Origin: Lepidodermella squamata
Lineage: Eukaryota > Animalia > Gastrotricha
Reading direction: 5' to 3'
Length of the DNA stretch: 64,000 nt
Assembly (NCBI GenBank): GCA_047495785.1
Contig: JBLDXI010000004.1
Coordinates: 2,728,001-2,792,000 of the forward strand
Shown: positions 45,417 to 58,100 of the stretch, piece by piece
Position numbering within the stretch: position 1 is the stretch's first letter
How the letters are laid out: each line of letters starts with the position of its first letter
Translations under genes and position numbers: made by a program
The notes under the pieces: generated by a model
The model's database searches: none
Told to the model about the DNA's origin: nothing
What the model saw: only the letters and a program-made list of their open reading frames with translations

Positions 45417-47627
45417 ACTGTCAAAGGCCGCAGGCCGACAGTGGTAATTTTCAGACCAAGCTATACTCGAATTCGACTTCGTTTGAAACCAACTACCAGA
45501 CCTGCTTGGCAGATATCACGCTGGTGAGTTTTCGGCCTTGGAATGCCTATAATTTTTTGATTTTTCTCATATTACGGTGAGTGTTCTACGTTGCCAGGCA
45601 TTGAATAATAAAATAGCATCAGCTATATAGTAAATGAAAACTTCGCACTTTTACTTTGATTCGATTGAATGCAATTAGATAATATTTCTTGAAAATAAAA
45701 AATTATAATCAAATCACTAGAAATTCCATTTTAATTGAGCAAATTAAAGACTAGAGGCGAATTGTTGTAGGAAGGAATCAAATACTTATCCAGTATATTA
45801 ATTAAATCCAAATTTCATAGATTTTTGTTTTGCATGGTGTGGTAGGATGTAGAATTTTAATGGATGCGCAGGCTTTTTTCAATTTTCAATTGTCAATTGT
45901 TGATCCTCATAATAATTCATATTTTTACATACTAAATCAAGTCTATTGTTTATTTTGCTCGAAGTTTATTTATTGTTATCATTAGGTGATTTACCGGTGC
46001 CTTGGACCGAATGGAGCAGTAACATGCCGAGAGACAGCTTGCCACGCCACTGAGAAGCCACACCAATCGACTTCCTTCACCAGCATGTCTGCATGTCAGA
46101 ACGCCAGAAAAACGTTCACATTCTACGCACGCCTTGCAAGTCGCGACCTGGTGATCGCAACTTGTGCGAGCATTGGCGGGCTATTCGCGACAATCAAGAC
46201 AGTGTCGCAAGCTGGTACTGCACTGACAATCTCTCAAAATAGGCCCGGCTTTATTGGCCTGTCAAATGAGTCTGGGCAATGGATGTGGTCCGATGGCACA
46301 CCGTATGCCAACTACCCGCCTTGGGACTTCGGTAAACCAGATGCCGGTGCAAATGCCTGTGTTTTTCAGAACACTACAGGTGGTATTGCCGACTTTTCGT
46401 GTAGCTATAATTTTCCTTCATTTTTCTGTGAAACCTATGCTTAACTGACAAGGCATCAGCAGTCCATATTGGAAAATATTGAAAATCGCAAAATACTGCA
46501 AACAATTTCGTAAGAGAACACCCTTTTGGTCAACATTTTGCTTTTGAAAAATGAAATATTATATCAGATATTACTTTACTTCATGTTACTTCAGAATCAT
46601 CTTGAATAAATGAGTGAATTAATTTTCAATTAATTTTGATCTTTTGCGAGATGAAGGCGCGCTCAGCCCTGTACCAGAGCCATATATACACGTACAGGAC
46701 CGGATTAACGCAGCTGCCAGAGATGGAAAAATGTTGTTTGCAATTCGCCGAAATGACTAGTCATTTCAACTGAAAAGCGAGCGAAGCGAGAACATTTTGA
46801 AGATTTTCTACTAAAACACGCTCCAAAACCCCTGAACCCCTTAAAGTCGCAAACTGGATTAACGCACGGCACAGTGGGTATAAGTGTCAATGGGCCGCCA
46901 GAACAAGCTTTTACTAAAATTCGCATACGAGGTTCTACGCTTTGATTTGGTCGTTACGCGTTGTTACTGAGAATTGAGAACTTTTTCAACATGTCGGATC
47001 GGCGTATATTTAGTTGATTTTGCAAAAGATTTTATCAACAGATTGAGTGTTGGTGGTTATCAAGAAGATTGCGGAAGTCGATGCTGTCAGTGTAAAATGT
47101 AGGAAGACGTCCAAGATAGGAATATGGACGTGTTTAGGTCGTTTAGGAAGTTCATCCCTTTAGGAACGGCCGGCTGCATTACGTGTCGCGGAAGAACCAG
47201 CACTTTGCCTATTTTTTTTGTTCAGCAGTACTGAAATGTACAGTCCATGGCTCTGTAAAACAGCAGTACTGCTCAAACAGTCTGTAAAATCAAGTACGGT
47301 CGGCGCCCTTTACTCGCTGTACAGCTGAAATTAGCTGTAAACCCCAGTACAGCACGCTTTACCGTACTGCTAAGTACTGTAGAGATCGGGCTGTACACAT
47401 GCGTACGGCTCAATTGCTGTACTTATAGTACAGGAGAGATACTGTACTTATGGTACAGGAGAGATGCTGTACTTGAAGTACAGGAGAGAAGATACTGTAC
47501 ATGCGAAATACAGAAGAGGATGCTTAAGTACAGTATATGGTGTGTGCGGTATTCTTTGGTACTGTTCATTTATCTTGAATCTTGATCATGATTGCAGTTT
47601 TCAGCTATACTTCCGTTCTTGATGATC

Positions 47628-47711
47628 CCTGCAGATGCAGTTGCAGTTGCAGTTGCAGTTGCAGATGCAGTTGCAGTTGCAGTTGCAGATGCAGTTGCAG
47701 TTGCAGATGCA
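47628..47711 (+). repeat. (TTGCAG/ATGCAG)n hexanucleotide microsatellite
   Basis: Directly visible. Confidence 0.95.
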
Positions 47712-47764
47712 AGGGGCTTACGACTTTTTAGCGAATATCACTTTAACTGCCAAAAATAGACTGC

Positions 47765-48180
47765 TCGGTCCGATATTTGCGTCTAATTCCTGGGTCTGTC
47801 AAAAAGTCATTTTTTCGGGTCAACGATGCGTCGAGGGGCAAAATGCCTGGCAGCAAAGTGTAGAACCTGGCGCTTCTTTTGGCACCAAATCTGGGGCCAA
47901 AGACATCAAGGAACGCACAGATTGTTGCGCCATAATCTGGGTCTAATAATTAGGTCCAATTCTTGGGTCTGATTTTTGGCTCTAATCCAAAATTTTGACG
48001 TTTTTTCACTGTCATTTTCAATAACCTGCTCAGACCTTGTGGCCCCGAATTCGGTGTCAAATGAACCGCCTGGTCATGGCCTACACTTTGCCGTCAGGCA
48101 ATTTGCCCCTCGACGCATCGTTGACACGAAAAAATGACTTTTTGACAGACCCAGGAATTAGACCCAAATATCGGAACTCG
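47765..48180. mobile_element. Foldback MITE with >100-bp inverted arms
   Basis: CCGATATTTG.GTCTAATTCCTGGGTCTGTCAAAAAGTC... mirrored at 48073-48174. Confidence 0.85.
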
Positions 48181-48809
48181 CCAGGGCCGGATTAACGCAT
48201 ATGCACAGAGAGCATGTGCCCAGGGGCCGCCAGTAAAAAGGGGCCGCCAGGAAGTGGTGAAATGTTTGCTTTTACTAAACATTCCCGGAAGATTGTTGGG
48301 CCTTTATTAGGTCGTTATGCTTTGCAATTGAGAGGCTTTCCAAGCATCCGGATCAACCTATTTTCTTTTATTTTGCTAAAATGATGCTCGCTTCGCTCGC
48401 TAGTTCGTCAACTTTTGTTCACTTTAATTATCCGTACTACCCCTATGCAATTCATTTTGAACAATCGTAAACTCATTTAGGGGTTTGAATGAAAAATGAA
48501 TGACAGTTCAATCCTCTTGCCTCAATGTTTTCCGAGTTTACTCTATCAGAATGAAACGGGAAAGCAAGGATTTTCTGCATAAGAAAAACTATTCACGCAT
48601 GTAGTCACAGGTGGAAGGCAGTACGGTGGAAGTATAGTGGTTATTCGCCGGTTTGATCTATGTACTCTTGAACTGAATGATTACTGATTAGGTTCGAAAA
48701 AATAAAGCGCAGACCCTAAAAGCAAGGCAGGACTTGAACCGCGTTTGAAAAAATTACAGGTCAGTGTTTTTAATTCATAAAATATGAGCAAATCAAAATA
48801 ATCATTTAT

Positions 48810-49575
48810 TCAATCATCAAAATCCGCATAATACGACACTGAATTTTTTCTAACATTGAAGCTTTCAAATATTGCACGCTTGTCGGATTGCTTTCCATTC
48901 CACGGCTGATAAGGAAGATCTAAAATCTTCTCGGTATATGACCTCGGTATAATTTCGCTCTTCAGCATCTCAAGCATGTCAGCCATCAAAGGGTAAGGGA
49001 GTGGAAGAGGAGACTTTCTCAGTTTCGGGGGAATTCCTACTGGTACTTTTTTGAGCGAATTTTTAGAATAGATTGTACATCTTCCAAAGCCATTTCGCTT
49101 CGTAGCCGTCTCGAACAAAAACACCGCAATTCCAAGTTTTCATTGTCCTGTAGTGATAGTTTGCATCGGAAATAGCCGGACTTAACAATGCTTTTTCATA
49201 GTCCAGCTGTATCACAACAACCTCCGATTTCTCTTGGGCCAATTTCGTATCGGCCTTGCAGGCTCGCCTGGCAGCGTTCTTCATGTATAAATGCACCTGG
49301 AAGATAGATTTGCGCCTCTCGTCAACTCTGTTTTCACGTAGCAGCAATCTAAATTTTCTGCATTTGCAACACTTGTCTTTCTTGGTTAATTTCAAAGGCA
49401 GTTCCGGGTAGGCTTCGCGTAAAATTCTCTTGAATGAAGAGAAGCCAAGTGGATAAAGGCCCGCTGGGAGAGCTGAAAAGTGCCTCAAATAAGCATCGAA
49501 CATTTCTCGCTGCGTAATGTCTCCTTGGATATAAACTTTTTTGGAGTTTTTTCTGACATAATGACCGGGTGCACG
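48810..49575 (-). pseudogene. Sola-like DNA transposase remnant (internally deleted, 5' end missing)
   Basis: HYVRKNS.K.Y, KDKCCKC, H...K, QLDYEKALLSP...YHYR.MK..N.GV, then a jump to a C-terminal PLP...IP segment; catalytic middle absent. Confidence 0.6.
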
Positions 49576-51545
49576 CTCATCAACACTAGGAAAAAAGTAT
49601 AGTTTATTAGCCAGCTAATAAACCCAAGGACCAAGAGTGCTAATAACCCCTCCTATGTCCCCCTAATTAGCTATTTCAGCTAAATTCGGGGCAGCTAATA
49701 ACCCATGAATGGTTTAAAAGCTAGCCTCCGAGCGAGTGGTGGGATAGCGTGAACTACATGCTTATCACAGCTGTTACACATTGCGCAACGTCCCTTTTTG
49801 GCCTAAAAAGCTGATTAGCTCATGTTTTATTAGCTGGAATCGCACCCAGCCCCCTACCCCTTTCCCCCATATTCTTATTCAATTTCGATTCATAAAACAT
49901 GAAATTTCAGCATTTTTGTCATTTTTATTTCAAAACAATTTTCATAAAAGTATTCAACAGGTAAAAAATGAGAACAGTCGAGACTGAATCACAAATAACA
50001 AAATATTTGCCAGCACATTTCATCACGGCGAAAAATGTCTTCGAATTTTTCGAAAGATAATTCACAGTATGAGAATACTTGACCTCGAATGAGACCGATT
50101 TTTTTCGAATATGAAGTAGTAATTGTAATATTTATTTCAAAAAGTTCCATTTCGCTGCTAGATATCTCCCGAATTGAACAATTTAGGGCGAACTTCGGCT
50201 CGGTGAGCCAGTCGATGCTTGCGTTGAGGAGAACGGCCATGCTTTCAGCGTAGAATGTCCTCTCGAACTTGAAGGTCGCGTGCAATCTGAAGAATAAAGG
50301 GAACGAGTTAGGACACCCTCCTTAAATTTCATTGAAAATTTTCCGACAAATTTAAAATTGATTTTCAGATATTTAGGAGTTAATCGCTAAAAGAATTGGA
50401 TTACAATTTTATCAATTTTCTGATTTAATTTTGAAATTTTGAAATTTTTATTTTGACACTTGAAATTACTTGCTTAACCAAGTGCCAACAATTTATTAGA
50501 TCGAATTTTGTTATTTCAGTAACTTTCGGTAACTTTTTTCAAATTTTTCTAAACACTAGAATTTTTCAAATTTTTTCAAAAATTTCAAATTTCCAAAAAA
50601 GTTTCAGGTTTAATTTTGAGAAATGTGTATATTTATTTAATTATTTCACATTGCTTTATTTTGGGTCCCCCTGTCAGCGGAACCAAATTTACGGTGAGCG
50701 GAACCAAAGTTTGGAATTTTCTAGTAGCCTGAAATTGCTTTTTGAATATTTCTTGCAGGTCAAGATTGGCCACAATAAAATTCACCAATGAATTAAGCAC
50801 AGCATTCTCTATAAGACTAAGTGTTCGGTTCAAAATTCATGCTTAGCCTGCCTGAATTTCGTAGAAATATTCAAAATATGAATTTTGGCATTTTTCGACT
50901 TTGGTTCCGCAAAAAGCAAATTTGGTTCTGCCACAGCAAATTTGATTCCGCTCACCGTAAATTTGGTTCCGCTATTAGATATTCCGTTTATTTGTACGTG
51001 ATCCCAAAAAAATTTAGAATCATACCTGAGGCAAAACCAAAGGCAAAAAATATTAAATTTAATCAAAATTTAAAAAACAAATTGTGATTTAAAAAGAGTT
51101 TCAACAATTTCAAATAAATTCAATTCAATTCAATCAAATTCAGTGAAAATTTTCAGCATGAAAAATATCTGATTCTCTAGAAAATAAAGAGTGACTACCG
51201 TTGTTTCCAATAGTTGCCAAGTCGCCAATAGCTCGGGGTTGAGGTCCGTCGAAAAAAATAGCACCTACACCGTGCCGCACGTCGTAGTGCGACCGTAGCA
51301 ACACCGTACTTCTGAAATAGCACTTATAAGCGCAGATAGCACTTTCAGATAGCACTTTTAGATTGCATTAGGATGAAATTTCTAGAAAAGCATGACAAAT
51401 ACTCCTTTCTCCTCGAAAAAGATGTATTCTTTCATATCTTTTAAAACAATTCACCATTTAAAACACAGAATAACTCTTCAGCACAATGCAACAAATAACA
51501 AATAAATTTCTCAAATCAATAAAGCTCTGAATAAAGTACAAGTTC

Positions 51546-53355
51546 TCAATTGGTTCGCTTGGAGCGAACGATATGGAATATCACTTTTTCGGAGGTCTTC
51601 CGCGCCGTGTGCCAGTAGAACCACTGGACACCACTGGACCACTGGACGATATGGAATATCACTTTTTCGGAGGTCTTCCGCGCCGTGTGCCAGTAGAACC
51701 ACTGGACACCACTGGACCACTGGACGATATGGAATATCACTTTTTCGGAGGTCTTCCGCGCCGTGTGCCAGTAGAACCACTGGACACCACTGGACCACTG
51801 GACGATATGGAATATCACTTTTCCGGAGGTCTTCCGCTTGTCGCTCAAGCGCTGAGGTCGGTAGCCTTCAAGATAATGCGAGTGCAATTTGTCAGATATA
51901 TTGACACCGTCGTTGTATGTCGCCGCTTTTTGATCAGCAACATGAACCAAAAAAGTCTCGTTATCAACCTTTCGCGCCTTCAGAAATTCACTAACTTGCA
52001 TCAGCGTCAGAGCACCAGGTCTAATCATGCACCTAAGTGCTAGACCGAAGGCAACGTAGGCCACAAAAGTCTTGAAGTCTTCGAAGTTTAATGCCCTCTT
52101 GGACATAAGTTTTCCGGCTTTATCGCACAGCGAGTCAAAAACAGTTGATACCTCTGAGTAAAGAGGAAACTTGCCACTATGCATTAATTCGCTTAGCTTC
52201 ACTCTAAGGTGTGCGTCGTCTAGCTTGCAGCCCCGCGAGAAGGCAGTATAAGCATTCTTCAAATAAGCAATGAGCTTCAGGCGTTTACGATCTTCATACG
52301 GCAGATTATCGCCCAGTTCAATAAACTGCAGGAATTCGATGAAGGCGCCACACATGCTTTCTTTGTGCTGTAAGTGACCTTTTTATCAAAAGCTTTCTCT
52401 AGAGCCCTCCAACCTTGCTCGGAGTAAATCGACTCGAGATAGTCAAAGCCACATGCTTTGATGATGTTTCGAACGTATGAAACAATTTTCTGCACAGTTG
52501 AACTGGCACTGTTCGCACGGCTGGACAGCGGGTTGTTTTACGAGTCATCAAACCTACCGCAGATAAGGTCAACTTCGCTCTTAACACTCTTCTCCGTCAG
52601 AGGATGAACGCGAGATACCGACGCGATATTTTGCCCGTGATTGTTGTTTACTGTGACGGACACAGCTGGCGTTGGAATTGCAGGCGTAGACTTCCCAGCT
52701 GACCCCGGCTGATTTGCTCCGTAATGCTTAAGGCGGGCTTTTCTTGTTGCCTCAGATAATGCCACCTTAATCTCAGCATCAGTTCGATCAACGTGAGCGA
52801 AGCAGGCCCGAGGAGATGACAAATGTTTGCGCAAAACAGTAGTATTGCTCAACTGTTTGTGGCAATCCGGGCAGTTTCGACGAAGACCGACGTGACGTTT
52901 CCTGGTGCCGTTAGTTTTCTCGCGCAAGAATCGCCCAAATTGTCTCTTTTGCAGGCTGCTGTGATGACCAGTTTTGTTAGACTAAGCCCTGGATTGGAGC
53001 GGTGGAATGGCATTTAAACTCGCTTGATGGGGAATAACAGGGTTAGTAACAAGCTGCCCTTCCCGACGATTCGAAATATTGATAACAAGAACCGTTGAGG
53101 GGTGGATGAGCTTTGCAGCTATTTCTAGATCTGCATCTGACTCCAAGGAGATTAAATCACCATCAGAATCTGTTTAACGAATTAATTTTCCTAGAACTAG
53201 CGCATTGCGAAAGTTGAATACTCACCCCAAGTAAGCTTAAAAGAATCAATATCGAAAGTAGTTCTCACGGCGTTCTTTAGATGCTCGAATGATGCGCTTT
53301 CAAGGGAGGTTATTCGTGTATTTCCGTTGTGTTTCAACTTTGTGTATAAAAACAT
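51546..53355 (-). pseudogene. PB1 - C2H2-like zinc finger - tyrosine recombinase-like gene, decayed
   Basis: Exon 53355-53226 spliced to DSDGDLIPLESDADL (PB1 OPCA motif); same frame continues through TAG ~52983 and TAA 52538-52540 (CPDC...LRKH); frameshift ~52355; then MIRPGALTLMQVSEF..A...VHVADQK...Y...YRP. Confidence 0.6.
51568..51837. repeat. 78-bp tandem repeat, ~3.5 near-identical copies
   Basis: ATATGG unit starts at 51571, 51649, 51727, 51805. Confidence 0.97.
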
Positions 53356-53454
53356 TCTATAATGTAGTAGATCAAAGATATTTGTCATAGAAAATCACAT
53401 TTATATTCGCTTTTGCCAAGCCTTCGCGCTTCAAACTCTCGCGGCGCCTCTTGC

Positions 53455-54740
53455 TTAGATGGTTTTCATTTTGGCCAAGCAACTTTGGAGAGTTAGATCT
53501 CCAAAATAGTCTTCGTACTTATACCGCAACTTCGCACATGCGTTGATGAAATTCCCTTCAGTTAGATGCAGCTTTTGTCTGACCAGCAAGTTAGCAATTC
53601 GTTGAAGACGACGAAGTTGCCCACTCGTAAACTTACCAGGGTGTTCCACCTTATCTCTTAGAAGTAGCACGGGCTTCGACCGGGTGCGACGTGTCAGGTA
53701 GCTAAAGCAATTGAAGTCATTTAGGTAACCTGCGAAACTGATGAATCTTACCTGCACGGTGTCAGAGCAGTTTGATCTTGCTGCCTAGAAGTTGAAGGAG
53801 TTTCAAACGATACTCTTCTTTTCGACGAACTTCGGGGCGTCTTCCGCCTTTCTTCACGGTCCGGAGACAACGAAGGCGATGCCGTAGAAGAAACATCCGA
53901 CTGCGTAGAAGAAGTATCCATAGAGGAATACGATGATGTTGAGAGAGACCGAGATCGTGATCTAGATCTCACTCGCGACCGCTTTGAAATGATAGGCGAC
54001 GGTGAACGCGCAGCCGATTTGGATCGTTGTTTTCTCTTGCGTTCATTTGAAACATGTTCGTGACTTCTGGCACGGTGTCGGGGAGCAGCCGGAGTAGTAT
54101 GTTTTCGTGAACAGTAGCCACCATCAGCACCAGGTGGCGGATGAATTGGCTGCTGAGCTAGTTGAACCAAATTCTGGGGTGCAAGTTGCTGCACTGGCTG
54201 TTGAACAAACTGCAGTACTGGTTGCTGCTGGGCCGGTTGCTGAAGTTGCTGCAGGGATGCAAGTTGCTGAGCAGGCTGTTGAACAAACTGCAGTACTGGT
54301 TGCTCCTGGGCCGGTTGAATTTGTTGCGGAGCTGTTTGCTGCTGAGCAGGTTGCTGTACCGGTGGAACAGGAGGTGGAGCGACAGGGATAGCACCACCTA
54401 AAGCTGCGACCATGGTGACTACAATAGCATTTTCAGTCGCCGGGGTTGATTGAGCACCTGCGATTGGAAGCCCGCGAGGAGCAGCACTATCCTTGACTAC
54501 AATGATGGTTTCCACATCTCTAACTTCACATATGTAGCGAACCATGAGCTCTATGTCGCCGTCCGAACATAGCTCTACTCGATGATGATTGAACTGCGCA
54601 TAAAACTTCAACGGAGTGCCCTGATCTAAAGAGTGGAGGATCCGAAGAGATTCCTCAAAATTTACAAAATCGGTTTCCGTAATTGGAAAGAATCGCAGTT
54701 TCTGCTTGTAAGCAGAAAAACCCAGATAGTTGAACTCCAT
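53455..54740 (-). CDS. PB1-like / Gln-Pro-rich / RS-rich protein with small C-terminal helical (Myb-like?) domain
   Basis: KLRFF...VELCSDGDIELM (PB1-like), QQPAQQ repeats, RSRSRSRS; intron ~53751-53702 joins to YLTRR...GKFTSGQLRRL...LQSCLAKMKTI. Confidence 0.6.
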
Positions 54741-57700
54741 AATCGCAAAATCGCCTAAAATGGATACAGGTTAAGCAAATGATTATGAAAGAATGGTTTC
54801 ATTGTGATGAGAGCATTTAGGTTTAATAAGGTCATTGTTAAAAATTAATTACCAGGTGAGTCGATGGCATTTTCTTACCTGGCTCAAACTCGATTTGAAA
54901 TTATTCCATTGAAAACTGCTTGAGACTTTTCTGCCGCTGTTGGAGTCGTAGCATTTTGAGAACGAAGTGGTGAAAATAACTACACTAGAAAAAAAATTAG
55001 GTTTATTAGCTAGATAAATAGCTAAAATTTAGGCTGGGATAATAGCCGCTTTTACACTACAAGCACATATGTATTTCTGACTGTTCATAGTAATTAAGTC
55101 CACACAGTAGTATTAGGTGTTGCGCAATCGCCGCGAGCGATGAAAATGCCAAATTAAATCTAAACTTGTTGAAAATTGGAGTTTCAATAAGAAGGTCATT
55201 GTGGTTTTGAAGGTCATTATTGATGAGATGAAAGGTAAATTGAAGGTAATAAATATCAAGATATCGGCGGTGAAAAATTTCCATAATTTCTATCATTATT
55301 AGGCTGGCAGCGCTAAATTTGGACCCATCATTTATTGAAAAATCCCAAATTTATAAATGAAATATAGCAGTCAGTGATCATGGCTCCTCCAATTGCTTCA
55401 GGCTTAGTCTCAGCGTTTGAAATAAATTTCTGGCATTTATTGGCAGCCATGCCAAACAAAGGAAACCATTTTTTCTTGCTTGAGAAAAAATATTTTTATT
55501 AAAATGATATTCTCATTTGATTACATCGCCGCTTGCTCTTGATATGGCTTTGACTTCAATTATGGTTTTTGTTATGAGAGTCCTCAGTTAAATTAATGAT
55601 TTGTAGGTCTCAATTTCCAAGCTGAAGAAATTAAGGTGGATTACCAACGAAAAATAAAAAATTGGTGGCCTTCCACCTTCCAAGGGCTTTATTAAATTCC
55701 AAAAAAGTTCAATGCCAAAGCAATTTCCTCGTGCATAACTCACGGACTTCAGTTTGAAAATAAATTTGCTCTTTCTTTTTAGCTCATGTTGGATGCATCA
55801 GATAGCTCTATTTACTGAAAAATTTGATTTTAGCTGAAAAACCGCTCTTCATCGGTATTTATCCCTGCTCTTATTTACAAGTGATTTTCCTAAAAGATGG
55901 GATAACCATCAAAAGACATAGTAACAAATTTTCCCGAATTTTTCTATCGTTCTAAAAAATTCTAAGAAAATATTTCACGTCTTCAAAACCTGTAAAAAAT
56001 TGGCAGTTAAAATAAAAGAAAACTCAAGTTTGAGTATTGCGCAATCAAATCTTTGTCTTAATTAATGACGCACATATTAATTACACTTCATACTTACGCT
56101 CTCGTGTAAAAGCGGCTAATAACCCCGCTGGCGACAGGTTTATTCGTCGCATTTGCACGAGCTACTTCGTAATAGCCCCTTTTACACTACACTCGAATGG
56201 TAAATGATGGTAATTACTCCATTGTTAAATAACAGTGATCAGCTTGATTTCATTTTATTTTAACGTTTTTTTATCGCTGCTATGAGAGAACAAAAATAGG
56301 AATAAAAACATTTTGATTTTTTTGTGACTAATTTCAAAAGGTATTACAGCATGCCCATTTTCCCGTGAAACTGTATATGATTCCTGGGCTTAATATTCAG
56401 CACCCAAACAACAATTTCTCGCCTTTGCATAATTAAATACATCGAACAAAAGCCGCTAAGTTTTTTTTTAATTGTTTTTGCGAAATTATTTTGGTAAAAT
56501 TATTTGTATAACTCTTGCTTCGTTGGCCCAGCTTCATTGGCCGTGATCTCGAGGAATTTCGCGTCAGAAAATTGTCACTTTTGAATATTTCTCAAGGTGT
56601 TTATTGCAGTAAAATTTGCCTTAAAATTATCAAGAGAGTAATACGTTTAGTCGCCTGTTGCGGTGCCAAATTTCTGGTAAACGTATTCATAAAAATTACT
56701 TTTGAAAAAATTCACTAATAATTTCCAATAAAATATAAATTCCAATAAATTCCAATAAATTCCAATAAAAATTGGTCGCAAAATTCCCCGTGGTTTTCAG
56801 TAAAAGACATTGCCATCGCTTTAACAAATGACGAGATAATAATTATCGATAACAATAATTTAAAACAATTGTATTCTAGAACTAGGTCTCGGTGTTGTTT
56901 TAAGGCGTGCTTCCGCCTTTGATAATTCGACGTTAGGAATTATTTCTTGAAAAAGAACTTCTTAAAAAGAATTGGTGAACCCCGGCGATTTTGAATCGGT
57001 CAATAAATCATTTTGCAGCAATTTTGTGTGGAAGTCCAGAAATACCATGAAAAATAACTAAAAAAAATCCCCCAAAATTGGCATCTCGACATATTACCAA
57101 CCGGAGAAGCCAAGTTCAAGGTGATGCAATTTGGTAGAAAAACTTCGGATACACGCTTTGCGGAATCACGGAAAATTTGCGGAATTTTGACGATAATTTT
57201 TTTAATGGCGATTAAATTGGCCAGGCACTGAAATAAAGCTCAGGCATCCTATCCGGTTGACGGAAAATTGATCAGGTTGTAAATGACTCGCAAAAATACC
57301 TACATCAGCTGGTTTTCATTCATTTTAGTTCTCTAAAAATCACGATAAAAGCGTGAAAATGAGCAAAAACAAGCTAATCCTTGTTATTCAACAATAAAGT
57401 AATTACCATCAATTACCATCATTTACCATTCGCATAGTAGTAGTGTAAAAGGGGCTAATTATGGATGTTAATTACTTCGGTTGTTGCGTCATCATTTTAA
57501 CTTAAACTCGAGTGAGCGCTGTTTTTATTTTTGTGTGCAAATTTTATGGGCGCTGTTAACAAGTCACAGCTAGGTGATTTAAAACTGAAATTTTGAGGTA
57601 TCAAGTAATCGCGATTTCGCAATCGAATTTTTGGCTGACACCTGATCTATACAATTCTCCTTCTGGAAAAATAGAAACGATCGATTTATAAATTATAAAA

Positions 57701-57934
57701 ATTCTCAAATGTAGCCAAAATCCTCTTAAAACAAATTATGCAACGAATCGCGTCACTGGGGCAGTTTCCAGCCACCCTTTACTGACCCTGTAAGTCCTTG
57801 AAAAAATTAAGAAAAAATCAGAAAATATTGATAGTTTCGAGATTTTCTCATGATTTTCGTGGGTTTTGTTGAGCATTTCTTTTTATAGTCCAAACAGGAG
57901 CCTAAACTACTTTGAATTTTCTAATATTTCTATG

Positions 57935-58100
57935 CAGTGTGCGAAGTAGGATCCAGGAGCTGAGGTGTTTTCTACCTGTTTTTTAGGACCCAGCCGAAGA
58001 AACCAAAGCGTCCCCCCTGTGGTTTTTTCAGCCTTCCTCTGTTTGGAGCCCTGGAGCTGGGGTGTCGCGACACCCCAGCACCCCTCTACTTCGCACCCTG
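57935..58100 (-). mobile_element. hAT-type MITE
   Basis: TIR CAGTGTGCGAAGTAG / CTACTTCGCACCCTG; perfect TSD TTTCTATG. Confidence 0.92.

Larger units (their letters stand above)
42506..46444 (+). pseudogene. Secreted Cys-module + C-type lectin gene (paralog C) with a MITE inserted in a coding exon
   Basis: MIKVVAYFSLFCLFGGVSC, WKRCMS...QYQ, NGRMCYKFAALTPSCRPGNVPC etc.; terminal CTLD exon (FIGLSN...WMWSDGT...KPD...C...FFCE); exon ~43700-44061 is split by the MITE. Confidence 0.75.

Noticed and set aside
47635-47946. ORF with QL repeats (MQLQLQL...)
   Set aside because: Translation of a hexamer microsatellite running into a foldback MITE
49989-51355. Downstream exons supplying the recombinase catalytic Tyr (e.g. 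RSHYDVRH at ~51200-51310)
   Set aside because: Splice-like boundaries exist but there is no HxxR motif or demonstrable in-frame link to the YR-like ORF
54107-54401. Plus-strand and alternate-frame ORFs over Q-rich regions (also 61805-62314)
   Set aside because: Shadow ORFs of low-complexity CAG/CAA-rich coding sequence
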